Shown here: positions 22,892 to 35,103 of the stretch, piece after piece
How positions within the stretch are numbered: the first letter of the stretch is position 1
Layout: each line of letters starts with the position of its first letter
From: Octopus sinensis
Lineage: Eukaryota
Length of the DNA stretch: 64,000 nt
Direction of reading: 5' to 3'
Assembly: GCF_006345805.1 (NCBI RefSeq)
Contig: NC_043002.1
Span: 119,040,001-119,104,000, forward strand
Program-made: the position numbers and the translations under genes
Notes under the pieces: model-generated
Databases searched by the model: none
Told to the model about the DNA's origin: nothing
Seen by the model: the letters and a program-made list of their open reading frames with translations, nothing else

Positions 22892-22929
22892 TCACAAAGC
22901 TAAACATTTATTAAGAATGATTTCAAATA

Positions 22930-23350
22930 TTGGTACAAGGCCAGTAATTTCAGGGGTGGTGGGGGAGTAGGTCGATTACATGAAACCAGTGCTTAACTGG
23001 TACTTGTTTAATCAACTCTGAAAGGATGAAAGGCAAAATGCTGCTAAGCATTTTAGCTTGGTCTGCTAACAATTCTGCTAACTCACCGCCTTAAGAAAAA
23101 AAAAAAAAGAATCATTTATTAGTAACAATAACATTAACTAAGGAGTTGAACTGGCAGAATTGTTAGCACACTGGGCAAAATGCTTAGAAGCATTTCATCT
23201 GTCTTCATGTTCTGAGTCCAAATTCCACTGAAGTTGACTTTACCTTTCGTCCTTTTGGTCTTGATAAAATAAGTACCAGTTGAACACTGGGGTTGATGTA
23301 ATGACTTACACTACCCCTGAAATTGCTGGCCTTGTGCCAAAATTTGAAAT
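22930..23350. mobile_element. Two older family G SINEs in opposite orientation
   Basis: About 22930-23095 (-) and 23140-23350 (+), both with the gaaaggatgaaaggcaaa core. Confidence 0.7.
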
Positions 23351-23399
23351 CGCTAATGATAACATTAACTACAACAAAAATTTTTAGATTGATACAAAG

Positions 23400-23760
23400 C
23401 TAGGAATTTGTCCAGGAATGGAATTCTAATCTCATTACATCTTCTTTGGCCACTTATTGCCAGGAGGGTTGTAGGGAGAAGAGTCCTCAAGCATACCTTC
23501 CACCGGGTTTTGTCAGAAGTCACTGTCTCCAATTGATCCCCAAATGAGACTAACTGAGCTCATAGATGTTATCCAACCATCTTGCTTGTGTTCTGCTTCT
23601 GGGTTTCTTGCTAGTTGGTTCTGCCCATTAAATCTGACTGGTGATTCTTTCCTGAGACATAGGAAATAGCAGCTCTACTTGGAGTGACTTTCTGATCTCT
23701 GAGCTACACACTCTGTCAAATAACATTACTCCAAAGACCCTGTGGAGGAACCCCCCATTT
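23400..23760 (-). mobile_element. Degenerate RTE-like LINE C-terminus
   Basis: KPRSRTQARWLDNIYELS*SHLGI resembles the RPRGRPRTRWLDNI C-terminal motif. Confidence 0.55.
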
Positions 23761-23773
23761 CAGCTACTTCATT

Positions 23774-24240
23774 ATCATCATCGTTTAACGTCCGTTTTCC
23801 GCGCTAGCACGGGTTGGACGGTTCGACCGGGGTCTAGGGAGCCAGGGGCTGCACCAGGCTCCAGTCTGATCTGGCAGTGTTTCTACAGCTGGATGCCCTT
23901 CCTAACGCCAACCACTCCGCGAGTGTAGTGGGTGCTTTTTACATGCCACCTGCACAGGTGCCAGAGGGGTCTGGCATCGGCCGCGATCAGTTGGTGCATT
24001 TTTTTTTTTTTTGTGCTACCGGCACAGAAGCCAGTCAAGGCGGTGCTGGCATCGGTCACGTTCGGATGGTGCTTTTTATGTGCCACCGGCACAGAAGCCA
24101 TTCGAGGCGGGGTTGGTATCGGTCACGTTCGGATGGTGCTTTTTATGTGCCACCGGCACAGAAGCCAGTGGAGGCTGCACTGGTAACGGGCACGTGCGGA
24201 TGGTGCTTTTTATGTGTCACCGGCACAGGTATCACAACTA
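23774..24240 (-). mobile_element. Family C copy with multiple units
   Basis: (CAT)n, core and units. Confidence 0.85.
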
Positions 24241-24861
24241 CTTGTATTTGTAATCATATCCTTTCAGTCTTAACCCTTCTGTTACTATATTTCTCTTGCA
24301 ATATACCAACTTTGCTTCAATTGATTTTAAAAATAATGAAAAATTTACTCAAATAACTCTCATTTATTAAACTGGTATTTGAAACATAAATTAACCTGAA
24401 ATTTTGGTGGAAGATTCTAGCCCCCTGACCTGTGTATTCCACTCACATACCCTGTCTCACTGTATCCTTGCTATCTACTATCCCCCGATCTGTGTGTTCC
24501 ACCCACGTGTAACAAGAAAACTTTTCACACACCCTACACCAACAAACCAATCTCCATCTCTTCTCTTCCTCACATTTCCTCCTTCATTCACTATGCCTAC
24601 CTCTCACTCCCCAATCCTGTCCTCAGGGCCCTGTTCTTCTGTATCATTGCTATTGATAACCATGTATTTTCTTTGTGACAGCGCACCAGTTTCTGTCTTC
24701 ATTCCTGATCTCTCTCTCTCTCTCTCTCTCTCTGGCCAAGTAACCTTGTACCTCTTCTACAGAAAGACACCTGTTTCTCTGTCTCACTATAACCGTTCAT
24801 CATCCAACATAAGATCACCTCCTCCAATGCCCCCACCTTTCTAATGATAATGATAATAATA

Positions 24862-25160
24862 ATGAAATTATTGTATACAGTGCTCAGGTGCACCAAAATT
24901 TGTCAGAAAGTGCATATAAAGTACATGCAGTAATGTAAAAATGTCTGGAAAGCGAACAATGTATGAGTGAGATACATGCCTGTGTGTGTATGGAGGGGAG
25001 AAAATCAGGTGTAGTGTTGGCGAATCTCAGAAAGCATGGAAGTTTTGAAGGATGCAGTGCTCCGACAACTAACAACTGATGCCGGCAGTTTGTTCCATGC
25101 TTCAGCAACTCTCAGCGTGAAAAAATGTTTCCTGAAGTCATGGGAGCTGTGCTGTTTTGT
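24862..25160 (-). mobile_element. CR1-like LINE 3' end
   Basis: FRKHFFTLRVAEAWNKLPASVVSCRSTASFK; (ATT)n-like tail at 24841-24865. Confidence 0.75.
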
Positions 25161-25485
25161 CTTGCAGGTTACTTGGTGACCCTGTCAGTGCAGGTGCTGC
25201 ATAAAAAGCATCCAGTCCACACTGTAAAGTGGTTGGCATTTGAAAGGGCATCTAGCTGTACAAAAAAACCTTGCCAAAACTGACCTCGCTTGTGTTTGTG
25301 TCATGTAAAAAGCACTAAGTCCGCTCTGCTGAGTGGTTGGCATCTGGAAGGGCATCCAGCTGTAAAAATCCTACCAAAACAGTTGCAGAAGACTGGTCTA
25401 GGCTTCTGCCCGGCCTGCTCCTGTCAAACCGTCCCACCCATGCAGCATTGAAGGCGGATGTTAAACAATGATGGTGATGATGACT
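25160..25485 (+). mobile_element. Degenerate family C copy
   Basis: Two aagggcatc(c/t)agctgta cores and a (GAT)n tail. Confidence 0.65.
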
Positions 25486-26019
25486 TCAAAACTGGGGTTG
25501 GCTTCAGGCAGGTTAATATCAAAAGGGATCAGGAAGGGAATTGACAGTAGTATGTTACATATACCTATTTTATCGACCCTTGAGTGATAAAATGAGCAGT
25601 TGACACTAGTGGGTTTGAACTCAAAATATAAATCGATGGAATTAACTCAAAGTCCTCAACTACAAACAACAGAAACTGTTACAGAGTTCCCAAATGCACA
25701 AAACAGTAACCTGTTGTTTGGAGTTGAATAATAGGTAATAAGCACTCCTCTGTGTGAGAACAAAGTTTAGTCTCATTTTAGAAAGTCCTTCCTGTTGAAC
25801 GACTTCTTGTTTGCTCCTTGTGCATTTACTTTTGGGCATTTTATCAGGTGAATTTCTTCTGAGGCTTTCATCCTTTGAGTTTTGAGCATCATGACAGTTA
25901 ATACTTCAAAAAGTCAGTTAGAATTCAGTGACATTATTGGTTTCAAATTTTGGCACAAGGTCATCAAGTTTGGGGGATGGGGTAAGTTGATTACATCAGC
26001 CTCAGTGTTCAGCTGGTAC

Positions 26020-26245
26020 CGAGCTGGCAGAATTGTTAGCATGCCGGGCGAAATGCTTAGCAGTATTTCGTCTGCCGCTACGTTCTGAGTTCAAATTCCG
26101 CCGAGGTCGACTTTGCCTTTCATCCTTTCGGGGTCGATTAAATAAGTACCAGTTACGCACTGGGGTCGATATAATCGACTTAATCCGTTTGTCTGTCCTT
26201 GTTTGTCCTCTCTGTGTTTAGCCCCTTGTGGGTAGTAAAGAAATA
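26020..26245 (+). mobile_element. SINE family A inserted into an older family G SINE
   Basis: ggtac duplicated at the junctions; host continues on both sides. Confidence 0.85.
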
Positions 26246-26306
26246 GGTACTTATTTTATCAACCTCAAAAAGATGAAAGGCAAAGTCTACCTCAGTGGTA
26301 TTTGAA

Positions 26307-26540
26307 AAGGCGACGAGCTAGCAGAAGCGTTAGCACACCGGGCAAAATGCTTTGCGGTACTTCGTCTGCCGTTACGTTGTGAGTTCAAATTCCGCCGAGG
26401 TCGACTTTGCCTTTCATCCTTTCGGGGTCAATAAATTAAGTACCAGTTGCACACTGGGGTCAATGTAATCGACATAATACCTATGTCTGTCCTTGTTTGT
26501 CCCCTCTATGTTTAGCCCCTTGTGGGTAATAAAGAAATAG
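26307..26540 (+). mobile_element. SINE family A inserted into the same family G SINE
   Basis: TSD ggtatttgaa at 26297-26306 and 26540-26549. Confidence 0.87.
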
Positions 26541-26863
26541 GTATTTGAACTCAGAACATAAAGACAGACAAAAAGCTGCTAAGCATTTCACCTAATGTGT
26601 TAATGATTTTGCCAGCTTGCAAACTTCATTCAGTGATATCAATAATTAATGATTTTATTTACTTATTATTTATTAATGATTTAATTAGAGAAAGAGAGCT
26701 TGGACATGGAAAAAACGTTTAAGTGATATTCCAGTGTCATTTGTATTCCAGCAGCAATCTAAGTGATACCAGTATCTATTGAGTTTGAACAGGAGTGGAG
26801 TTATCACACAGTTGATTATTGCAATGATGTTTTTGTTAGTAATGTAGGGCCTACAATACATTT

Positions 26864-27067
26864 ACTCTTTTACTTGTTTCAGTCATTTGACTGCGGCCAT
26901 GCTGGAGCACCGCCTTTTTAGTCATGCAAATCGACCCCAGGACTTATTCTTTGGAAGCCTATTATTTATTCTGTTGGTCTCTTTTGCCGAACCGCTAAGT
27001 TACGGGGACGTAAACACACCAGCATCGGCTGTCAAGCGATGTTGGGGGGACAAACACAGACACACAA

Positions 27068-27098
<31 letters not shown>

Positions 27099-27258
27099 CC
27101 TATATATGACAGGCTTCTTTCAGTTTCCGTCTACCAAATTTGGTCGACCCGAGGCTATAGTAGAAGACACTTGCTCAAGGTGCCACGCAGTGGGACTGAA
27201 CCTGGGACCATGTGGTTGGTAAGCAAACTACTTACCACACAGCCACTCCTACGCCTAT
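26864..27258 (-). mobile_element. SINE family D
   Basis: Full-length match. Confidence 0.85.
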
Positions 27259-27463
27259 ATTCAACATTTGTTGAATATTTTCTTCAAGCTCTTTCCAGAA
27301 GAAATTTTTTGTCAGGATGAACACTAGGACCACAAGATATGTATGTCAACAGGGCAATGCCACCTTCATTACATCAATGGGAAAGATGAAGGCTTATCTC
27401 AGAATGCTTTTTCTGATGCTAGTTGCACAGTGCCTAAATTACAGAGACCACTGGAACAGAAAG

Positions 27464-27748
27464 TCATCGTCATCATCATCATCATCGTTTAACGTCTGTT
27501 CTCCATGCTCGCATGGGTTGGACGGTTCAACTGGGGATCTGGGAAGCCAGGGGCTGCTCCAGGCTCCAGTCTGATCTGGCAGAGTTTCTACGGCTGGATA
27601 CCCTTCCTAACGCCAACCACTCTGCGAGTGTAGTGGGTGCTTTTTACGTGCCACTTGCACAGGTGCCAGGCAAGGCTGGCAACGGCCACGGTCGGATTGG
27701 TGCATTTTACGTGCCACCAGCACGGAAGCCAGTCGAGGCGGCACAGTT
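27464..27748 (-). mobile_element. Family C copy
   Basis: (CAT)n, core and units. Confidence 0.85.
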
Positions 27749-28065
27749 CTGATAAAGCAATACAAGGTCAGTCAAACATTTCATGGAGTTTATTTAGGAT
27801 TATATTAACTAATTTGTTCTTTACCTTTTAATTTGGTAAAATACAATTTGGCAGTGAACTGTACTCTTTATCATATTGGTTTCAAATTGATTGCATCAAC
27901 CCCAGTGTTCAACCAGTACTTATTTTATTGACCTTGAGAGACGAAAGACAAATCCGACTTTGGCAGAATTTGAACTCAGAATATGAAGACAGATAAAATG
28001 TACTCAACATGCTACTGATTTTGCCAGCTCGCTGCCTTTGTACTCTTTCCCATATTGGCAATATG

Positions 28066-28792
28066 TGGAGGCGCAATGGCCCAGTGGTTAGGGCAGCGGA
28101 CTCGCGGTCGTAGGATTGTGGTTTTGATTCCCAGACCGGGCGTTGTGAGTGTTTATTGAACGAAAACACCTAAAGCTCCACGTGGCTCCGGCAGGGGATG
28201 GTGGTGATCCCTGCTGTACTCTTTCACCACAACTTTCTCTCACTCTTACTTCCTGTTTCTGTTGTACCTGTATTTCAAAGGGCCGGCCTTGTCACTCTCT
28301 GTGTCACGCTGAATCATCATCATCATCATCATCATCGTTTAGCGTCCGTTTTCCATGCTAGCATGGGTTGGACGGTTCTACTGGGGTCTGTGAAGCCAGA
28401 AGGCTGCATCAGGCCCAGTCTGATCTGGCAGTGTTTCTACGGCTGGATGCCCTTCCTAACGCCAACCACTCCGTGAGTGTAGTGGGTGCTTTTTACGTGC
28501 CACCCGCACAGGTGCCAGACAGAGCTGGCAAACGGCCACGAACGGATGGTGCTTTTTATGTGCCACCGGCACGAGGGCCAGGCGAGGCTGGCAACGGACA
28601 CGAAACGGGGCGGTGCTGGCAACGGTCGCAAAACGGAAGGTTCTCTTACATGCCACCGGCACCGAGAACTACGTTAAGGGTACACGTGTCTGTGGAGTGC
28701 TCAGCCACTTACACGTTAATTTCACGAGCAGGCTGTTCCGTTGATTCGGATCAACCGGAACCCTCGTCGTTGGAACCGATGGAGTGCTTCCA
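28066..28792 (+). mobile_element. SINE family B interrupted by a minus-strand family C copy (28313-28661)
   Basis: B consensus ...cacgctgaat/atccc/cgagaactacg is split by the C element. Confidence 0.87.
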
Positions 28793-28979
28793 TCCATTGG
28801 CAATAGACACTACTCATGGTAGCAGTTTAGTTAAACTTTTGACAAAGGGAAAATCCCTGTACCCCCAGTGATTGGATAAGAATCAAACTGCAGCTTCTGT
28901 TCCTAGTTCATTCATCAAAAATACACAAAATAAAGAAGTTATTTAGTCCATATAAAGGCCGGGGGGGGGGGTTCCTTAC

Positions 28980-29097
28980 CTTGTCTACCATGCAGTCCTG
29001 AAATTGAGTTTTCATCAGAAACAAAGCCTTCTCATAGCAAGGGTGCTGATAAAGACAAGGCAGAAAATTTTGGTAGCAGCTGTGTTGTTTCATGTAA
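28980..29097 (-). CDS. FBH1: FBH1 coding exon 3
   Basis: ttttctttttcag acceptor, YMKQHSCYQNFLPCLYQHPCYEKALFLMKTQFQDCMVDK, donor AAG|gtaagg; phases 2/0. Confidence 0.82.
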
Positions 29098-29261
29098 CTG
29101 AAAAAGAAAAAAATGAAGATGATGTTCAGATCAAAGAAATGAAGAGTTTTCAGAAACATTAGAGCAGTACAAGATTAAATGTCTTGCAGTGTATCATATT
29201 ACCCCAAGGTGAATTCAAAGGATTGAGTGCACTCTTCATTTTTCTGAGGTTACTAACACAG

Positions 29262-29480
29262 GTATGGCAGTTTGCTTCCCAACCACATGGTTCCAGGTTG
29301 AGTTCCACCGCATGGCACCTTGGGTAAGTGTCTTCTACTATAGCCTCAGGCCAACCAAAGCCTTGTGAGTGGATATGGTAGACAGAAACTGAAAGAAGCC
29401 TGTATATGTGCGTGTGTTTCTGTACTTGTCTTCCACTACTGCATGACAACTGGTGTTGGTGTGTTTACACCCCTGTAACT
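29262..29480 (+). mobile_element. SINE family D (partial)
   Basis: Head and core match. Confidence 0.75.
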
Positions 29481-30242
29481 TATCCCGCGCATTTACTATG
29501 TTTACGATAGAGATCTCAACGGTAGACATATTGCTGCTGCTGATTATTTCAAGGTACCAAATGTTAAATGTAAAATATTGAAAGAAAACAGACGTGTTAA
29601 AATATCATATCGCCCTAGGTGGACCTGGGCAACCAACGCTATTAGTTATGATAAAGGCGACCCTAACCCATACCCATCTATGATTATCAGGGGAAGTCAA
29701 CGATGGGATATGGCAGATGTTGGATGGTTTGACTGGGCTATCCAACCCATGCCAGCATAGACAATGGACATTTGATGATGATGATGATGATGACAGTAAG
29801 TGTTGCGTCAACACTAATGTCTTGTGTTTCTAAGCTCAAATTTAATAATATTGGTTTCAAATTTTGGCACAAGGCTACCAATTTCAGGTAAGGGGGTAAC
29901 TCGATTAATCCAACCCTTGTTCTCAATGCCATCTCGAATATAACAAGACCCTAACTTTTTTTTACATAAAAATCAGTAATATATTTTATACTTGAATATA
30001 CCCTATCTCCCCACTCCTGCCAATTTTGGAGCCGATACTTTGTATTTAATTTCAAGCAATATAGATGCAGGTACAGCTGAGAAGTTTGCTTCCCAACCAT
30101 AATTTTGGGTTCAGTTCCACTGTGTGGCACCTTGGGAAAATGTATTCTACCTATAGACCCAGGCTGACCAAAGTCTCTGAGTGGATTTAGTTGATAGAAA
30201 CTGAAAGCCTGTCAATATATATATATACATACATACATATAT

Positions 30243-30630
30243 GGATGGAAGCACTCCCTCGGTTCCGACGACGAGGGTTCCGGTTGATCCGATCAACGGA
30301 ACAGCCTGCTCGTGAAATTAACGTGTAAGTGGCTGAGCACTCCACAGACACGTGCACCCTTAACATAGTTCTCGGGGATATTCAACGTGACACAGAGAGT
30401 GACAAGGCCGACCCTTTGAAATACAGGTACAACAGAAACAGGAAGTAAGAGTGAGAGAAAGTTGTGGTGAAAGAGTACAGCAGGGATCACCACCATCCCC
30501 TGCCGGAGCCTCGTGGAGCTTTTAGGTGTTTTCGCTCAATAAACACTCACAACGCCCGGTCTGGGAATCGAAACCGCGATCCTACGACCACGAGTCCGCT
30601 GCCCTAACCACTGGGCCATTGCGCCTCCAC
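30243..30630 (-). mobile_element. SINE family B
   Basis: Full-length match. Confidence 0.88.
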
Positions 30631-31035
30631 ACATATATATATTTATGTATGTATAGGTGCATTTTACTGTCTCCTTTCCATGGGATCATATGATAGTTGT
30701 GAATGTCGTTGTCACGCGAGCAGAGTCTGTTTCAAATCATCCATTTGAGGGTTGGTGATAGGAAGGATGTGTGGTCATAGAAAATCTGCCTGACCATGCA
30801 AACATGGGCAAAGTGGATGTTGAATCAATAATAATGATACACTAGTAAATACAGTAATATACTACTGGCAATCATCTACTGGATCTTAACACCAGAAGAT
30901 TCTGGTAGGAAGTGAACTCAGAAAAGAGGCATACATATTAAACTAACAAGCAGGGTAAGAGTATACATGACTGGCTTTGCCAAATCATGCTCAGTTGTAA
31001 AACTGCAAATACACAAGAAGTAGAAGAAACTTTAC

Positions 31036-31166
31036 CGTATAAAATGAGGCAAAAAGGAAACAGGATCTGTGAAACCATTCTTATGAAGCTGTTGACGGAA
31101 TTTATTTTGCTGATTTCGTTTGGCATTTTTGCGTACTTTATAGTAGAGCAACTTTGAAAGCATAAA
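31036..31166 (-). CDS. FBH1: FBH1 coding exon 2
   Basis: tttgatag acceptor, FMLSKLLYYK...FLPHFI(R), donor CG|gtaaag; phases 0/2 fit both neighbours; resembles vertebrate FIPWKKLYHR...NLIR. Confidence 0.8.
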
Positions 31167-31383
31167 CTATCAAAAGAGAAAATATACAAAGAAGTGATCA
31201 TAAAGTGTTAATTGTTGTTGTTGCTGTTTAGTTGTATGTCATCCCTTAATTGTTCTCATCATGAGAGACCCCAACTTATTCTATATCTAAGACTAGAATA
31301 TCCAATTCTTCTTTTAAGCCAGCAGGATGTGACTTGAGGAAAATTTCGCTGCTATTTCTAGCATTTAAAGTGAGTGCATAGAA

Positions 31384-31682
31384 CAGTGGTTCTCAACTAG
31401 GGTCTATGTAAGATTTTTAGTAAATTGGGTACCCACTTGCAGTATTTGAAGGGTCCATGAAAAAATATTGTTTTGGATGTCTTTATTGCTAGAAACAATA
31501 AGTTTTTTTCTCTAACATTTTACCTAGTTTAACCTACACAAGTTAATGGGTGAACAACAAAAGAGGAATTTTAAAGAAGCTTCTATAAAATTAGTTTTTA
31601 AACACTGAATGTCTATGGGGGTCCACCAAAGTAAAATAGTAATCAAAGGGATCCCTAGATAAAAAATAGTTGAGAACAACTG
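31384..31682. mobile_element. hAT (Charlie-like) MITE
   Basis: 15-bp TIR cagtggttctcaact / agttgagaacaactg; 8-bp flanks gcatagaa / gtatagag. Confidence 0.78.
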
Positions 31683-31802
31683 GTATAGAGTCTCTCTTTG
31701 ATGATAAATAAGAAGGGTGGGTACAGCTTAAGTTTTGTTTTAGATTAAGGTGAAGAAACTGAAATTCGTATAAGTGAAGTTGCTTCATCAGATGTGATAT
31801 AT

Positions 31803-32212
31803 ATAGGAGTGGCTGTGTGGTAAGTAGCTTGCTTACGAACTTCATGGTTCCGGGTTCAGTCCCACTGCGTGACACCTTGGGCAAGTGTCTTCTGCTATAG
31901 CCTCGGGCCGACCAATGCCTTGTGAGTGGATTTGGTAGACAGAAACTGAAAGAAGCCTGTCGTATATGTGTATATATGTATGTGTATGTGTGTATGTTGG
32001 TGTGTCTGTGTTTGTCCCCCTAGCATTGCTTGACAACCGATGCTAGTGTGTTTACGTCCCGGTAACTTAGCGGTTCGGCAAAAGAGACCGATAGAATAAG
32101 TACTAGGCTTCCAAAGAATAAGTCCTGGGGTCGATTTGCTCGACTAAAGGCGGTGCTCCAGCATGGCCACAGTCAACTGACTGAAACAAGTAAAAGAGTA
32201 AAAAGAGAGAGT
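31803..32212 (+). mobile_element. SINE family D
   Basis: Full-length match. Confidence 0.87.
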
Positions 32213-32379
32213 ATCATGGCACATGATATGAAATTAATGAAACTCGACTAAATCTAAAAACTCAACATATGATATTCTCTGATCTGCCGGAGTGGATCTC
32301 ATCCCGATATTAATCATTACTCATTTTGCCCCACCATTAGTTTTATTACACATAAAGAAAAAAAATTGCAGTGACTTAC

Positions 32380-33504
32380 TTTGGTTTTATTTATCACACG
32401 ATTCCAGTCTGTACACACCTGGGGACAGGTATAGAATAAATCACGAGCTGGTAATTGACAGAAAATGATCCTCTTTAGTTCTTCGGGTAATCGATCGAAG
32501 AAATTGACCTTTTCTAAGATATCATCACAGCTGTCGCCAAAAAGACCATAATGTTTCTCTGCAAAATTGCATGCACTACTAGTGTTGTTGTTGTTACCTT
32601 CACCATCGTCAGAGTCACTTAACACTATTGCAGCTGATTGTATTCGGTAGGGAGGTCTTTTACGTTTTCTGACATTCGTCGACCGACGATCTTCAGAACT
32701 TTTCTTCACCGTCGTTGCTACAGGATGGGAAGACCCGATGCGTTTACTGTCATCATTAACAGAAGGATCGGAGGGAGGAACTTGAGAAGGGTTCGGATTT
32801 TCACGAGGTACAACAGTTTTTTTGGGCGAACTACTGTAAAATTGTAAGAGGCTACTCTGGTTTTCAATCTGATGATTCTTTTTCTTTCGTGTTTGTTTAC
32901 GAGGCTGTAAAAATTTATTTATATTTCCCGCCTTGCTCAAAACGGAAAACGGGTTCACGAGAGCTTTGGAGCCTTCTTCCGTGTTTTGATAATCGAAACA
33001 CTGGCTTGTTGTCATAAGAATTTTACTCTTTCCCGAATAACTGTTACAAATTTTAAATGCATGATTAGTAGACACAGTCTGTTTTGTTTCGGAAATCGGA
33101 TTTGCAGTCTGTTTTGTTTCGGATATTGGATTTGCAGTCTGTTTTGTTTCGGATATTGGATTTGCATGAGCAATTGTCACATCTTTTACGAGTGGATCTT
33201 TTGATTTTTCGATATTTTGTGGTCGAGGTGCATTTAAACCAATTAACTGACTGGCTTTTGTAAATCCCGTAAACTTATCCGTAAGTTTACTCTCTCGATT
33301 TCCAGTGAAAGCAGAATTACTTTGGGACACGTTTGGGTCCAAACCATCGTTCATGTCAGTGCAGCCCCTCTTTTGATTGTTGTTATTATTAGGACCTAGA
33401 CACTGACCGGCAGTTTCAGTAGGCAGTGTATGATTGGAAGTTGATGGGGAAGATTCAGATAAATACGTCCTATTCCGGGCTTTTCTAAGTCCAAGCCGGG
33501 ACAT
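32380..33504 (-). CDS. FBH1: F-box DNA helicase 1, first coding exon (disordered N-terminus plus F-box)
   Basis: 375 codons from ATG 33504 with an in-frame TGA upstream; F-box FFDRLPEELKRIIFCQLPARDLFYTCPQVCTDWNRVI; donor AAA|GTAAGT, phase 0. Confidence 0.9.
33076..33165 (-). repeat. 30-nt coding tandem repeat (ANPISETKQT x3) in FBH1
   Basis: Three near-perfect 30-nt units. Confidence 0.93.
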
Positions 33505-33573
33505 CGTGTTTCTTCAAGTCACACAGAATATCTTTTAGTATTTTCAAGTAAAGAGAGCTCTTCTTTGGAATGA
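33505..33573 (-). other. FBH1: Probable 5' UTR part of the first FBH1 coding exon
   Basis: Strong acceptor ctttctttcag 69 nt upstream of the ATG, with an in-frame stop in between. Confidence 0.55.
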
Positions 33574-33843
33574 CTGAAAGAAAGCTATAAGAAACGATTA
33601 CTATACGAAAACCCAACAGCAGTATATCGTATGCTAACATTTTTATAGTGTAGTGAACTAAGAAAATTTAGTTTGTCACTATCACATAATCAGCATCGAA
33701 AACTATCGATATCCAAATTAGTGACAGGTTTTTTTAAAGAGGAAGGGGAGGCAACTCTGGATTCCAGTTTTTTGTATTACTAAAATGCATTCAATAAGTA
33801 TTGATAAATTGTCAAGAGAATCCAGGTTAAAATAATAATAATG

Positions 33844-33885
<42 letters not shown>

Positions 33886-33888
<3 letters not shown>

Positions 33889-34490
33889 GCCCTGATGCAG
33901 TACCAGGCAGTGGCTCTCATGGCTTCTGATCTTAACTGATTGGAAGTGTTATCATGTACATTGTTTTGTCTGTTATCATGTACATTGTTTTGTCTGTTAT
34001 CATGTACATTGTTTTGTCTTGGTATAAAAGATGGGCTACAGCAAATATTCTGCTCAATACCACAGATTTGCTTGTCAGTTGTTTGACCTTAACCAGTTGA
34101 GCATGTCCCTTAGTGGCTGACGATATGTGCATCTCTGATCACGAGCAGTAGTAATGGGGGAGCATCATGGCCATGTGTTGAGAGGTATTCTTTGGGGTTT
34201 GAATAGTTCACCTTTGGAAACATGGGTGTTTCGTTCATCATCCTAAAGCAACCCTTATTCAGGGACCTTTTGAGCAGGATGGGCTACTCGACCTGAAGAA
34301 AATTCTAACTGGGCCCCACCTGCAAGGTCATGTGCTGTTTATCTTGATATGAGATCACCATGTCACGCACATATGGTTGTGATGCATGTGCCTGGTGTAC
34401 CCTTATCAGACGGGTAGTCATGATGGGTATATTGGGTTTCGTATATTTTACCCCAGTGTCACTTTGATGGCATGAACTGCTCTCTCACTC

Positions 34491-34523
<33 letters not shown>

Positions 34524-35103
34524 CATTGTTTTGTCTGTTATCATGTACATTGTTTTGTCTGTTATCATGTACATTGTTTTGTCTGTTATCATGTACATTG
34601 TTTTGTCTTGGTATAAAAGATGGGCTACAGCAAATATTCTGCTCAATACCACAGATTTGCTTGTCAGTTGTTTGACCTTAACCAGTTGAGCATGTCCCTT
34701 AGTGGCTGACGATGTATGCATCTCTGATCAGGAGCAGAAGTAGTGGGGGAGCATCATAGCCATGTGTTGAGAGGGATTCTTTGGGGTTTGAATAATTCAC
34801 CTCTGGAAACATGGGTGGTTCTTTCAACATCCTTAAACAACCCTTATTCAGGGACCTTTTGAGCGGGATGGGTTACTCGACCTGAAGAAACTGGGCCCCA
34901 CCTGCAAGGTCATGTGCTGTTTATCTTGATATGAGATCACCATGTCATGCACATATGGTTGTGATGCATGTGCCTGGTGTACCCTTATCAGATGGGTAGT
35001 CATGATGGGTATGCTGGGCTTTGTATATTTTACCCCAGTGTCACTTTGATGGCATGCACTGCTCTCACATTCAATAATAATAATAATATAATAATAATAA
35101 TAA
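33886..35103 (+). mobile_element. Two head-to-tail copies of an unclassified (AAT)n-tailed retroposon
   Basis: About 33886-34522 and 34523-35103 are alignable, each ends in (AAT)n, both carry a 24-nt triplication. Confidence 0.8.

Noticed and set aside
25711-25903. Open minus-strand segment with AG/GT ends as an extra FBH1 exon
   Set aside because: 193 nt and phase-incompatible with the phase-0 intron 3; exons 3 and 4 already join; no FBH1 similarity.
29481-29710. Possible small TA-flanked transposon (tatccc...gggata)
   Set aside because: The inverted match is only 6 bp and there is a single copy; not supportable.
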